From Lophium mytilinum (lineage: Eukaryota): DNA of 64,000 nt. Shown piece by piece: positions 26,201 through 39,728 of the stretch (position 1 is its first letter; the number at the start of each line of letters is the position of its first letter). A program made the translations under genes and the position numbers. The notes under the pieces are model-generated. The model was not told the DNA's origin and ran no database searches. It saw nothing but the letters and a program-made list of their open reading frames with translations. The stretch spans positions 62,001-126,000 of the forward strand of contig MU004201.1 in assembly GCA_010093605.1 (NCBI GenBank), read 5' to 3'.

Positions 26201-29200
26201 CTAGTAATTACTATAGTGGCCGTATAGTTAGTAACCACAATTATAGGGTGCTCCGATGCGGAGATTATGTAGTAAACACGTTGTACAGCCCAAATAAGGC
26301 AAGCCACCTCTAATTCGGTTGGCCAGTAATTCCTCTCCGCAGCGGACAGCAGCTTGCTAAGGAATAAAATAGGTTAGACCTTACCGCGCTTAACATCCTC
26401 TAACTCTATAGGGTCTCCTATAACGTGGTAAACTATTACGCTAAAGCCGCGTTTTAAAGCGTTAACGTCCATGTATAGCCGACAGTTCTAATTAAAGTAT
26501 ACTAAGATCCTTTCTTCTAAGAAGGCCTTTTAGAGAGATTTGTAGGACTTACGTATGTTGGCTTTATTATAGACGGCTGTAATCTGCGTATAATAGAGAC
26601 GTGCTTGCCCGGCTATAGGTGCCGTTTTTAACAGGCGCGTTTTCTCTTATTATAGGGCCTCTAAGAGCTGCGAATAGTACCCTATATACTGTTAGAGCTA
26701 TCCTATAAGTCCTAGATAGTGTTTAAGGTCCTTAAGTGTTATAGGGAAGCTAAGCTCTCGAATAGTAGCGAGCTTCTTAGACGTCGTCGTTATTCCCAAG
26801 GCGTCCACCTTCTAGCTAAGCAACGTGAGCAACGGGTAACCAAGGTAAGACTTCTCGCCTTTAAGGGTAATGTTGGCAGCTTAGAGTATAGTAAAGACTG
26901 CCCGTAAGTGCTCTACATGCTCGTCTAGGGTTTTGCTAAAGATAATAAGATCGTCAATATAGGCATAATAGAAGGATAGGCTGTGCTTGTAGATAAGGCG
27001 GCTAATCTACTGCTGTACGTACACTGGCGACCCGCAATAGCCTATAACAGCGACGTTGAAGTGCTCCTGCCCGCGGTGGAAAATAACCGTAAATTTTTCG
27101 CAGTTATTGTATGCTACAGGCTATTAATAGAAGAAGGACGCGGCGTCCACTGTTAAAATGTACGGGCAGCCGGCAACGGCTAAGGTTAAATTCTCCTATT
27201 GCGGGAGCGGGTAGCTATTCTTAACTGCAGCTCTATTAAGCCCTTAGATGTCTATAACTATATGGCCTTTCCTTATTAGTAAGCCGTTAATCGTGACCGT
27301 CCTCTAGACTATAAATACCGGGAATCCGAAGCGTGTGGGGCTAGACTATTCTATACAGCCTTAACTGTAGAGCTTGTTAAGTTCGGCGTTAATAAGAGCG
27401 CGCTCCTGTGGCCCTAAGGGGTAGACGCGGTGGGCAAGCTTTATAGAGGATAAGTCGTTTACTAGAGGTATTTAAAGCCATTAGTTCTTAGGTATATTTG
27501 CCAGCTTCACGTCGTCTATAAAGACGGGCTCAAAGTCTTCTACAACTTTACTAATGTAAGAGGCCGCGGAGGCGTTAACGCCGTAGATAGTGACGCCAAA
27601 AGGACCGCTAAACTCAGTGTTAGGCTTAAGGCTGGTCTAGGCGACGAGCTGTTTATAGGCGTCCGCGCCGGGCTTATAGATATTAGTGATAGGCTACCCT
27701 TAGACATTATTAATAGGCTGTTTATAGACGTTACTAATAGGCTGTTTATAGACGTTAATAACGGGCTGGTTGTGGGCGTTGCGGAAAACGGGCGGGTTGT
27801 CCGTAAGCAATTTAGTGCTCTCAATTCGATTAGTGTCCGCGGTGTAGGCCGCTGGAAGCGGGAAGGCGGGCGTTTAATCGCTCTGTGGCTGCCATAAAAT
27901 GTGCGTACGCGCCGCCTTCTTTGCCTAGCTTGTAGTGAGACAGCTGGTCTAGTAAGAAGATAAAGTCGCGGTTAGGTAGTATCTTACGCTTTCTAATAGT
28001 AATAGGGACGGCGGAGACTAAATAAGCGGCTACTATAGTTTTGGCCTTTGCTCTAACAACCCGTTGCACCTTAACAGTGTCGCTATTGCGGGCGTGGACC
28101 AAGATGGCCACTTCTAAGTCCTGGCAGCTTTAGATCCGTAGCCGGCGTTTCTATAGAATAATTACTATGCCTTCTAGGTATAAGACGTCTATGCCAATAA
28201 GAAGGTTAAATTGCAGGTAGTCGATAACGTGCGCCTTAAACTAGATAACGGCAACTTCACGCAGGCCGGGCGTGTAGAGAGTCACGATCACAAACTCGGT
28301 TAAAGGCGTTAGCTTATCCCCGATATCTTAAACTATTATAGGGCTCCCTTTTATAACCTTATATAGGTTGCCCTGCTGCTCTAGGAAGTTCCTTCCTATT
28401 AAGGTTATTAGGTTGCCGGAGTTAGGCGTAACGCTGGCGAGCTCGCCATTCTTAGTTAAGGACGCCCTTATTATAATATAGTGGTAGCCCCGGAAAGCAA
28501 CTCTAAAGCTAATATTAGGGTTCTTAACGGAGGACGCGATGTGTTGCCTTATGGAACCTCTGCAATTAGTTAATAGAAAAGGCCCCGTATAGCGGCCAGC
28601 TGGCCGGGTGTAAAGCTATTAGTTATACTGTTGTTTCTATAGGAGTCCGGCAACGGGTTCTAGGTATGCGTACGTAGGACATTCTCCGTACGGCCTAATT
28701 GCCCGGAGTTGCTAGACGCCGTTAATAGTCTGTAGCTATCGGGGCTCTAAATAGGTAACGCTAACGTTAAAGAACTATTAAAGAGCGGTGTATTGCGGTT
28801 TAGGCTTCCGCTGCCGGCACTAAGGCTGATGTTTGCAACCTCCTCGGCGTAGGCGATCCGGGCTGCTAAGAGGAAGTAATTAACGGCACTATCGGCACGT
28901 GCTGTCGTAATATTCTACTTAGGTGGAAAAGGTGGCGGGTGAATAGATTGTGACCGCCGTCTCTAAGTGCTGGAGACGGTTAGCGTGGAAGGGAAGTGCG
29001 CAATAAAGCTAGGCAGGATAGCCTTCAGCTTAATCGACTTAACAGCCCAACGGTTAGCAACTAAGAAAGCGTAGAGCTGGCGTCTAAGCAAGATAATATA
29101 ATCCGGGAGTTCTAGGCGTTAGGCACTAGATATAAGGTAGCATGGGCGTCGTTAGACACGGGCTTAGAAGTAATAACGGCCGCGAAAGACTAATAGCGGC

Positions 29201-30099
29201 CGTGCAAGACTAATGGCGGCCGTGAAAGACGCGGGGGCGTCGCTAACGCCTTATTCGGCGGCTTTGCCGACAAGAGCCTATCTTAACGCTTACTTTGAAG
29301 GGGTAGGCGCTTACGTCTAAGAACTAGACGTTGCCGTCTACGACGTGTACGCCGGCGTTGTAATAGAAAGAGACGCAGATAAAAGAGACGTTAATAAAGG
29401 AGACGTTAATAAAGGAGAGAGGGTATTAAGCGGAAAGTAGATAGGGGTTTTCTAATAACATGGTTTCCCGTAAACCACGGGACTGCTTCCTTAGAACCTA
29501 TAGATCGGCAGTTGCCGGAAGCTGTTAACCGGTTCTAGGAAGTTAATAAAGGCTTCCTGGAAGTCGTTGTATACGAACGGTTTCCTGGAAGTTATCAACG
29601 ATGGCGGTTTCCTAGAAGTTGTAGAAGACGGCGATTTCCTAGAGGCCGTAGTCATTAATAGACTATTAATCGGCGCTCGGGACGTTCGCAGCTAATAACT
29701 TGTTTAGAGACGTAGATGTCGGCGAGCCTTATAATAAAGGCCTCGTAGATAAGTATATCTAGCTAGAAGCTGTAGCGGACGTAGGTCAATGAATTTGCGG
29801 AGCTGAAGCTAGAGACAACGAAGTCGACAACTATAGCGACCTCTTGCGGGTGTCTAAGATTCTTTAGGGGGACTGCAAATCTAGTGCTTGCGATAAGCAA
29901 GCTGGCGAGCTAATAAAGCTCTACTGGTATAGTACTAAGCTACTAAATAGCACAGTTTAAACGTGATGAAAGTGGAGGTAAAAGGTGTCCTATTACTAGC
30001 TAGCAGGCGTAGCCTTAAGGGCTACGCGGGCGTCGGCGTATACCGTATAGGGTTATTCTATGTATTAAACTCCGGGCTTGCACCAAGTCTACGTAATGC

Positions 30100-31570
30100 T
30101 CGTCCTAACTCTATGCTTAAAGTTAGTAGGGGTATGCCGGTTATTTAGTGGAGTAGATAGTTTAATAAGACTTGTAGCTTAAGAAGTAATATATAGTCTA
30201 AAATAACGTAAGATTTTATTAAGGTTATTATTGTGGTAGATGTTAGGTTGAAATCTTAGCAGCTGTTATTTCCGAGCAGAGCGTTATACCCGAGTAGAGC
30301 ATTCGGCGCGAGCATAGCGTTCCTATTAACGTTAACCTCGCCGCTAGAATGCACATTATACTTAACATTATACTTATCTTAATGTTATTTTTAACATGGA
30401 GCAGACTCTTAGCGTTAAGTTTAAGGATAAATAGAGTATTAAGTATAACAGCTGTTAACCTTAATAGCATTTTCACTACTTAGCATATAGTCATGTTGGA
30501 GCAAATATTTAGAGAAACTAATGCTCGATTTCCTAGCTAGCTTATCCTTTACCTGCATCCACCGCCCACCTCCAGCATTAATATGATTGCAATCTAAAGA
30601 ATTTAAAGTTAAAAATAGAGAATGTAAAGAACGTACCTACCTTACTACCTTTGTCTTATAGCCTACCTTTTAATTTCCTCCACTCTCTACTGCGCAGAGT
30701 ATTGCGTCGATAGGGCGGTGCGACTTGTAGATGTGGTGTACATTAAAGGGTTTAGTAGGATAGAATAGCGAGAATAATTCGGTTGGGTTTTTTAAAGTTT
30801 AAGGAGTGGTTACTCTACTATAAGGCGTGATGGTTCCTCTCTAGTCTATATTCCTTGTGTTAAAGTTAGTTTTAGTTACTTATATTAGAGGAGTTAGATG
30901 GGTATTTTATACCTAGTATGCGAAGAGTCGTGCTTCTAAGTATAGACGTGTCTAGAGTCTTTTAGGTTAAGTTCCAAGTTAAAGAGCGCTAGATATGGGG
31001 TAAGTACAGGACTTATAGATTATATACCGATTTAACTACTATGAAAGGGAACTATCTCCTAGCGATAACGCAAGTGGAGCTGGTCAAGATCCCCGCTTTG
31101 AAATTGGGCGATTAATATGCTATAACTCTTGTATAGCAGGACTAGTTAATGTAATGGTTGTTAGCTTTTGTGTTAAACACTACGTAGGTCTTCTAGATAA
31201 CTTACTGTAAGGCAATTTAAGGACTTGTATTCTATATCTATTACTATCTGGGATTCTTATTAGTCGATAAAAACATCGGCGAGATCGATGCCAACTTACG
31301 CCTATTCTTTTTAAAGTAGCGCGAGTGGTGTTAGATAGGTAGGGGTAGACTTATATATTGCGCTGTTCCTATAAATACATTTAATATTTATTAGTTAGCT
31401 TTTAACTTTTAATTTAACTCTTTGTGGGCGAATGGTTTATAAACAAGGACTTCAGCAACTAAGCGGAGGACATAGTTGGGCTAGGACAGGATAGAGATAA
31501 GGCGGAATGCAGCATTTAAGTAAGAGAGGGTTAAGAGCATTAATAATAACCCCCCATCTTAAGAAGCTCT
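30100..31570 (-). pseudogene. Intron-containing accessory gene of unknown function inside the DNA transposon (bounds approximate)
   Basis: Minus-strand GTACGT..TAG intron at ~30594-30636 and other intron-like segments between coding-like stretches (PTELFSLFYPTKPF.., CNHINAGGGRWMQVKD..). Confidence 0.4.
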
Positions 31571-33200
31571 ATAGGAACCACTAAGAGATATAAGAATATA
31601 AAAAGAACACTAAAAGAACGTAGAATAAAGCTAGAATAATGCGCAACACATTAAAGACACTATAGAACAGTTCCTGAAAGGAGAGAAGGTAGAAAGGGAA
31701 GAGAGTAAAGGGGTGCAGGAGAGCGGAGATGCTTAAGATATACCTGCAGTAATTTGTGCAATGCGTCGCGGCATCGCGATTTATATAGGGCGGTCGATTT
31801 TCTAAGGGTAAGGTTAGAAACTCGAAATTGCCTAATAAACTCGCGGTTTGATTCGGGGATCTAGAACAGCTGCTGCACCTATTGCATTTGGCCACTTTAA
31901 AATCTCTAAAGTGTCGATTGAAGCCATAGAAGTGTGCGGCGATAGTTATTTAGTTAGTAAGTTGTGTAGTTAAAAACTGTGTACTTTAGTCAACATACTA
32001 TAAACGGAGGTTAAAAAATAAGGCTTACTAAGATAGCTCTATCGCCGCCTTCCCCACCTTAACCATATGGTAGCGTACCCCGTATTTCCAACCTAGCCCG
32101 CCTAGTATTCCTATCCTAAGCCGCCGTTGCATGTCTAGACTAGCTGCTATCGCCCCTAGACTCTAGGGTATGTTTTCTAAGGCTGCGAATTGCGTGGTGT
32201 AACTGTCGTGGTCGTATAGGGGTAGGGAATAGCTAGGAATGCGTTAGTAATGTGGGAGGGGATAGAGAAGGGATAAAACTAAGCGGGATGCTCCTAGCAA
32301 ATGAACTAGTTAGAGGATGCTGCTAGGTTATAGGGGGTTTGTAATATGCATAGCTAGCAGACCTAGCACTCTAGTATAGTAGCTAGAAGCTCTTGCAGTT
32401 AGTATCTAGGGATCGTAGGGATAGGATCGATAGGATACGCTTGGGGATACTTAGAAAAGGGTATTAATCTAGAATGTAATGCTCCTAGGAATCTAGAATC
32501 CTGCAACTCGCCCTTTACGTTCTAGGCTTCTATAGTAGCCGTAGATAGATAGCGCGTTTAACTTAGAGTTGATTAGTAGTCTTATAGTGTTTGTAAGGAT
32601 ATAGATTGCTATAGTAGTAATAGTAGTGTAGGAGAAAGCTAGGAGTCGCAATAATGCCCGGTTGATTCTTTTAGCGAGAGCGTGCCGCAGCCTATTAGCC
32701 GCAGGCCGTAAAAATAATTTTATATTTAGACATTAGAAAAGCAACACTACTTCTATCTCTGTTTTGTGAGAATTAAAAGCATTATACGCGCTATCCTAAT
32801 AGCTACCCTTTGCGCTAAGGAACTATTACAAATGTACTTCCGTCTATAGTGTAAACTTATTACTAACTATTATAAGAATACTATCGCGAGAATATTCTAA
32901 GACTTCTCGGGTTAACTCTATGAGTTTGTTATACGAGTCTATATCTAGTAAGGCACTTGCGGGACCTAGTTAAACTCGCATAACTGTAAAAGCTCTCACT
33001 TAAAATATCTCTAAGACTTAACGACTACATATTAAGTAATGAGGTATAGTAAAACTTATAGTATTTATGCTTTTCCTATAAGGCGCTTAATTTCCCCTCT
33101 ATCCGCCCTAAGACCAGCCTCCTACCCCCTAAGGAACTATGCCCTACCCCCTGCCCGGCAGAAAATACATTTCCAACCCCCCTTACTAATGCCAGGCATC

Positions 33201-36200
33201 CTAAAGAAACTGAATACTATCCTAATCACAATACAGCAGCTGCTCCGGCTTGAAAAGCGGCGTAATAAAGACCTTCCGGATATCTATAGACGGAAGATCA
33301 ATAATGCGAAAGCCGGAAGATAAACGCAGAAGCGGCAAGTCGAGAATAGGATCTCTTTCGGCCTGGGGTTTAGTTGGAGTAATAATAACGAAAACCCGCT
33401 TTACAAAGTTAAGCTTATGGACGAAGATGTACTCCACGCGGCCGACCTGCCCATCTTTTGCCTTTATGAGATTTCCAATTCGAAAGGTAACGCGATATTC
33501 GGATAACCTAAGATTTTCAAGACTAGTATTAGCACGAAGACTCACAAGATTCAGGAATAGAGTTAAGGCATAGTGGCAGACTTACGGGTTAGTAAATGAA
33601 AGCCGCTTAACCTAAATAAACGCTATAGTTCCGAGCCGAACTAGATTAGGCAGTTTATAGTAGTCGTCGTAGGCCTTTTAAAGGAGCATAATAAACGGAT
33701 AGGTCGTGTCGAGCTTTCTAGGGCTAGGATATATATTAGGATTGCTGCTGCGGGCATCTTTCTTAATTTAATTATAAACGGTTGCAGCTTAATGGCCTTT
33801 ATCGCTTTTAATACTAAGGGGAGAATTATTATTAAGCTTAAGCTCATTTTGCTCTAATTTTGGCAAGATGCGATTGAATAAATTTAGACAACTTTCGTTT
33901 AGGCGCTTTAGCCGTAGAGTGTGAGCTGGGTATATATTCTTAACCACATCAAGAATCGCAAGGCGGGTCGCAATGCGAACGTTCTCTTGCATTAATAAAG
34001 TCTTACATATATTCTAGGAGTTAGTATATTAGATGTCGTTCTTAAAAGTCCTATATAAATTTTAGCCTAGTTTAACCTTAATGTGTAGCTCTAGATGTTA
34101 CTAACTTATAGACGTGCTCGCCGGTAAGAGTTATTACATTTCTAGGAGTAATATATTTATATGCTGTGTCCCACATATAAAGCTCTTAATAAACGTTTAG
34201 CAGCGAGAGCGCGTTTGTATTAAGTTGCAATTTCTTTATAACTTTAAGAACTTCCCTAAATTCATCTATATATAGATCGGCTTTATCTACTATACTTCTA
34301 GCTTGTAAGCTAGTAGCACTACTCGCGACGCTTAGTGTTGGGGTCGCAGCTCTTCTTTTACCTTTGCCTTTTCCTTTGCCTTGTCCCTTTTTTTTTCTTT
34401 TGGCCGGAGGTAAAGCTATAGCTGCACAGCGGTGCAGATCTTAAAAAGCTATTCTACCTTTCTATAGTATCTCGAACATGTTATTGCGTTGAGCATGGGT
34501 TATAGAAGGAGATACTACGGCGGCGTTACTCTGCGCCATAGCGATAAAGCACTTTGTAATTGCATCAACGGGCGGAATACTAAAAACCTTGCGGGCGGCC
34601 TTAAGGTACCTATCTTCTATAAACCGCTCCTTCAACCAACAGCGGAGGATAATGGGCGTGATAACGGTAATTTTAGCACACTCTAATATCTAATAGCTCT
34701 TAATGTAAGTCTTAGGATTCTATAATTAAGACTAGCCCGGAGGAAAGTTTTAGGCGCTTAGTTGTTTTATAAAACCTGTCTTTCCTGCCTTATTTAGGAG
34801 GCTCTTAAAAAGCATAGTTTAAGCGCGCTTTAAGATTCTAGCATATTTGGAATGAGCGGCGTCGGCAGGTCGGCTGCGGATAATGTCTAGAGCTGGAGCA
34901 ATTCTTATAAGAGGAGTCTGTTCTGCTGCCATACTAACTTGTTAAAAGAATTTAGTCCAAGCAGCCTTACTTTTAAGTATATTCCCCTGTTGCCTAAGAC
35001 TAATAACCTGGTAGTAATATTGCCCGTTTATAATAGTATTAAAAGAGAGATTAGTACGCTTAGATTTTAGTATAAGGCAGAATCTATATAAGTATTCTGC
35101 TGACACCGATATTAGACCCTTTATCTTTAGTAAACCGACTATATTACTAGTAAAGGCTATCGTCCAGGCGCATACAAATTTCTCCTGGCCATTAATAGTT
35201 ATTTTAATACTAGTATCTAGATTACCAAGATAGTGTAGAGCTCTAATAATATCTTTAAATGAGGTCCTATATGGACTAAGTGTAATAGGAAAGGAGTTAG
35301 TTTGCCGTGTACGCTCGCGAGCACTTAAGCTGGCGGGTGTAATATAGAATCCTAGCATTTAGCGGTATATATTGCGATAAAGACTAAACTTATTAATAAA
35401 ATATATATAAGGAATAGTAATTAATCGATTTAGGAAGCTATATTGGAAGTGCTTTCGACTATAATACTAAAGCTCCAATTTAGCCCGAGTTAGGGCTAAT
35501 AAATTCAACGCGCGGATGCTCCGACCTTGCACATTAACTACGTATTGCACGATGAAGGCCTCGGGGCGTATATAGTTATGCTAATCCCCAGCCGCCGCGT
35601 ATTGGTAGTCTAGGTAGACGGATGGCTCGTGGCTTTAGAGTTGTGCTTTACTAATAAGACAGCTACTACCCTTAAGAAGAAACAATTTAATTGCATGAAG
35701 GGGAGGATTTAGCATTATAAGATCGTCCTAAATAGCATCCATAATTTCGGCAGAGAGCTAATGCCGTCTCCCGACATTCTGGATAAGTATAACAACCTTA
35801 CTATACAGCACAGACTTTATAGAATGCGCATAATTACTACCTATATAAGTAATTTAACCTATATATACTTTATTTATTATACTATAGCGGCAGCTATTAG
35901 TAGAATAAGTGTAGTAGACAAAGTTAGATAGAAAAGCTAGTAGACTGTTCGGGTATTTTATAAACTCTCTAGATGTGCTCCGTATAGAAGAGCCCCAGGC
36001 AAGAGAGTAGTATAGCTCGGTTAGCTTATCCATAAAAAGCATTATACTAACATATAGCTTCTTAATAAAAGAAGAAGTAGATAGAAGCATCTTTATTAAG
36101 TGGCGGATATTAAAGAAGGCCATTGACTTAGTATCCTTTAATCCAGTTAGCAGTCGTGATTTATTAACCACTAGAGCCTGCTTCCGCAGTTTTAGGAGAG

Positions 36201-36981
36201 GGAGATAAGATTACGCGCCCGCCTTAAGTTTATCTAATGTTTTTAGGAGCGAATATAGCTGCTTAATGTTCCAGGTCATTATAAAGATCTCTCGCAGTAA
36301 TTGCTACTTCTTTCTTAAGAGCCCTACACTCTTAGCCTATAGCCTAAGTGCAATTGCTATATTGTCTTCTTTGCTGGTAGAAGTTAATATAGGATACTCT
36401 ATCTCCTCTAAGTAGTCGATTGTTGCGGAGCTTAACGTCCTCCGAGTAGCAGGGGGCGGAGGCATTAGAGACGAAGGGCCGGGAAGTTAGAATGGTCCTG
36501 GTTTATGTATCGATTCAACGACATAATCCTAGAATAGTTCCCTAGGATTGTCAAAATTAAAATCCTTAAAGTTCCCTAGATCTTAATTAACCTAGCTAAT
36601 TAGATTATTCTTAAATATAGCATGCTCCTTTAAACCTTCTAGTTAAGCATCTTTAAGTAGTAGCTCTTCCTCTCGAGTAGCTACTCTAAGTACCCGCTCG
36701 TATATCTAATCTGAGTTGTGCGTGTCTGGGAGCGTTGGGATAGCTTCTTCCCCGAGCAAAGCCGTAGGCCTTTCTCCGCCTTTGTCTATCTAGTCCTGCG
36801 TTTAAGATTTGGAGGCAGCATTGGATATATAGCTATCGTTCCCACCTAGGAAGGCATCTTTATATTTATCCACCTCTTTAACTCCTTCTTACTCCTCTTC
36901 TTTAGAAGATAATAACATAGATGAACTTTCTTAGATGCGGCGCTTCTTAGAGTGGCGAATAAAATCTATAGTGCGGGCCAT
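33201..36981 (-). pseudogene. RIPed DDE transposase, CMC/EnSpm/Plavaka-like, with at least one intron (34051-34105)
   Basis: Starts MARTIDFIRHSKKRR. Motifs FI(D).F(G)LYRN, AFT(GD)....G......(C)RFC and L(P)NV(H)..L(H)...Y.TP.N..TLTGEHV(H)KTFK; ends (W)DSIQFL*. Homologous to 58367-62072. Confidence 0.75.
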
Positions 36982-38438
36982 GGTGGATTATATAGACGCC
37001 GTAGTAAGAGCGCAAGGAGGAGAGAGTAAATACTAAGTAAGACTTGTTAGAATAAGCCCTATACTAGAAGAGAAGTTAGGGAATTATAAAAAAGAATAAA
37101 ACTTAAGTAAAATACTAAAAGATAGCATAAGATACTTACAAGACTACACAAACAACTATAAGAGTATAAGAAATGTAGTAGAATAGGTAGGAGAGTAGAA
37201 GGGAGTAAGTAAAGATATTGCGATAGAGGGAGAGATACTAGAGACAAAATGTAGCAAACGGATATAGTGCCGCAACATACCTTAAATTCTAGTTTTCAAA
37301 AGTTAAGTAAGATCTGACAGGCCGGGGAGCTAGAATGTGCGCGGCTCCTGTAGCATTTAGCTACTACTGCATCTTACTACTAATCGATTAATATATAGTA
37401 GTATCTGCTTTACCATCTTAATTAGCAGTTGTTGTTTATATAGGGAGTTGAATTCTTAAACCTATACCGGTTACTAACACCAATTAAATGCTAAGAAATA
37501 TCCATACTTAACTTTTAAGAGATTCTACTCTAAGGTCGCTACTAGCATTCTCCTAGGGCCGCCCCGTTAGCCCCCTACAGTCTAAGTATCCCAGCCTAGG
37601 AGCGCCACCCGTAGTCGTGCAAACGATAATCCTATTGCTACCTATGGAGTTTCTATCTTTAGGACTGCAATAGTAGAGGTCTAGAGAGGTCTAGGGAATA
37701 GGGGACATCCGGGGATGTCGTCTATAGAGTAGGGGAAGAGTACAGCCTCTTAAGATACTATAATAAAACAAGCCGGTTAGTATATACTATCTAGTTATAG
37801 AAGGATAGTAGAAGGGCTATAGAATGATAAGTAAGTATATACAGCATCTAGCTATAGCTGCGCATAGTCTAATAGCGCTTAGGAGGGACAACTAGGGATA
37901 GAGGGATAGGAGAAGGGAAGATATATAGAGATCTGTAAATTAATATATATACTTCTATAGCGCATAACTTAGGGACCTTGCAACTCGTCCTATAGCTCTT
38001 AGGCTTATTTAGAAGGCGTAGATAGATAGCGCGCTTAATTTAGGGCTAATTAGTAGTCTTATAGTTGTAGTGCGGTGTTATAGTAGTGTAGAAGGAGAGG
38101 GTATAGTAGTAAACGCGTGGGGACGCGCAAGTTGCGAAAATCCCTAAGGCATTTTTTTTAGAGTGCGGGGTAATTTTACATTAAATAGTAGCCTAGCGCG
38201 AAACCTTAAATAAGGTTTAACCTATCTAAAGCACGGCAGCTAGAGGTCCCTGTTAATAACAAATTACGTGCATCTCGCGACTTAATATTAGAGCCAGCCC
38301 CGCTATCTTCCCCAGCCTCTATATTTACTATTTACGATCGCCCTATCTCCCTAATTACTACCTACCTTAATCCTTTTCCTGTCTATTTTGCTTAGAGTAC
38401 CTATTTTATCCGCTATAAGCATTTCTAGTAAACTATAG

Positions 38439-39728
38439 ATGGCCGACTTAGTACGTTCTAACAGCCCCAGCACATTAGTAAATACTTATCTCGTTCTTAC
38501 CCAATCTATTCTATCTACTTGCGAGCTTATATTAAGTACAACACTTTAATAATGTTCTTGCTAATTACTTCTCTATACCTAGGCTGCCACGTCCTTCTCC
38601 TATCTAAACCTAGACTAGTCCCAACCCTCCTTAGGCCTATACTTTTACATAATAGCAACATCCACCGTAAATAGCAGTAGTACCTTGACCCCTATTAACC
38701 CCCTTCTTAACCCCACCCCTACCACTCCTCCCGGCGGTTAAGGCGATGGAGCAAACGGGTCTACGACAGGCGGCGACCTCCCCCTATTTACGCCATCCAG
38801 GAAGCGCAAGCATAAAAAGCCGCGCGCAAAGAAGGCTAACTTATCTACTTTACGGTCGGCTACCAGGAGCGAAGAGGACACTAAGCGCCCTGCCGATATC
38901 TTAGACTTTAACTGGGAGATACTTCGAGAATGCGAGCTACGCTAGCGAGCGTACTTTTTTAGATTCTTTTAAGAGAAAGATACTAAGGCTATGCTAAGGG
39001 CGGTGTTTGCAAGTAAGGGTATTGCAGATAAGGATATTAGTCGCGAATTATGGAATTTATGCATGTTAAAGCAGTAGGGTAATTATAATAACTGGAAGTC
39101 TAAAGAAACTATAAAGACGGCAAAAGTAAGTTACTTCTATTATTCTTATATACTCTATTCTAATAACTTACTAGAAACATGTTTGTGAAATGCTTAAACT
39201 AAATCCTTTGCTAAAACACATTACCACTGTTGCTGGTCTGCGGGCAGATTTTGTAAAGTCTACCTCCTCCAATGCAAATATCTACGAGTGCTTCAAGTTT
39301 ATCCAGAAACATCTTAACTTGGAGAAGTCACACATAGACGGCCTCTAGTTTGCGCAGCGTAAGTAAATTCTATCTATCTTCTTTTTTTATTCTTTGCTAA
39401 TATGCTTTTAGAAATATATAGTAATCTGTGCGTTAAGGTGAAGCAGACTCTAGACTAGGAAGACGAACTAAAAGAGACGTGTTTGGCTGCGGATAAATCT
39501 TCGCATGCCGAGCTTCTTACTTAGGTTAATTTAATGGCGTCCTTAAAATAGTACAATAATATTAACCCGCTTACACACTTCTCTATCTGCGCCGTAGAGT
39601 TGGTGAGATTACTAAAGTTACTAAGAGAGCTAAACCTGCAGCACTCTTACTAGACGAGGACCCGGACTATATATTTATCCCCCGCCCATCTACTACTAGA
39701 GCTGCTAGAGGCAACACCTAGCTTCTAG
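38439..39728 (+). pseudogene. Divergently oriented 4-exon accessory gene of the DNA transposon with a basic NLS-like motif
   Basis: ATGGCCGACTTA followed by a GTACGT intron; further GTAAGT..CTAAT..TAG introns at ~39126-39174 and ~39359-39410; encodes PSRKRKHKKPRAKK then a helical-looking region; RIP stops present. Confidence 0.6.
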
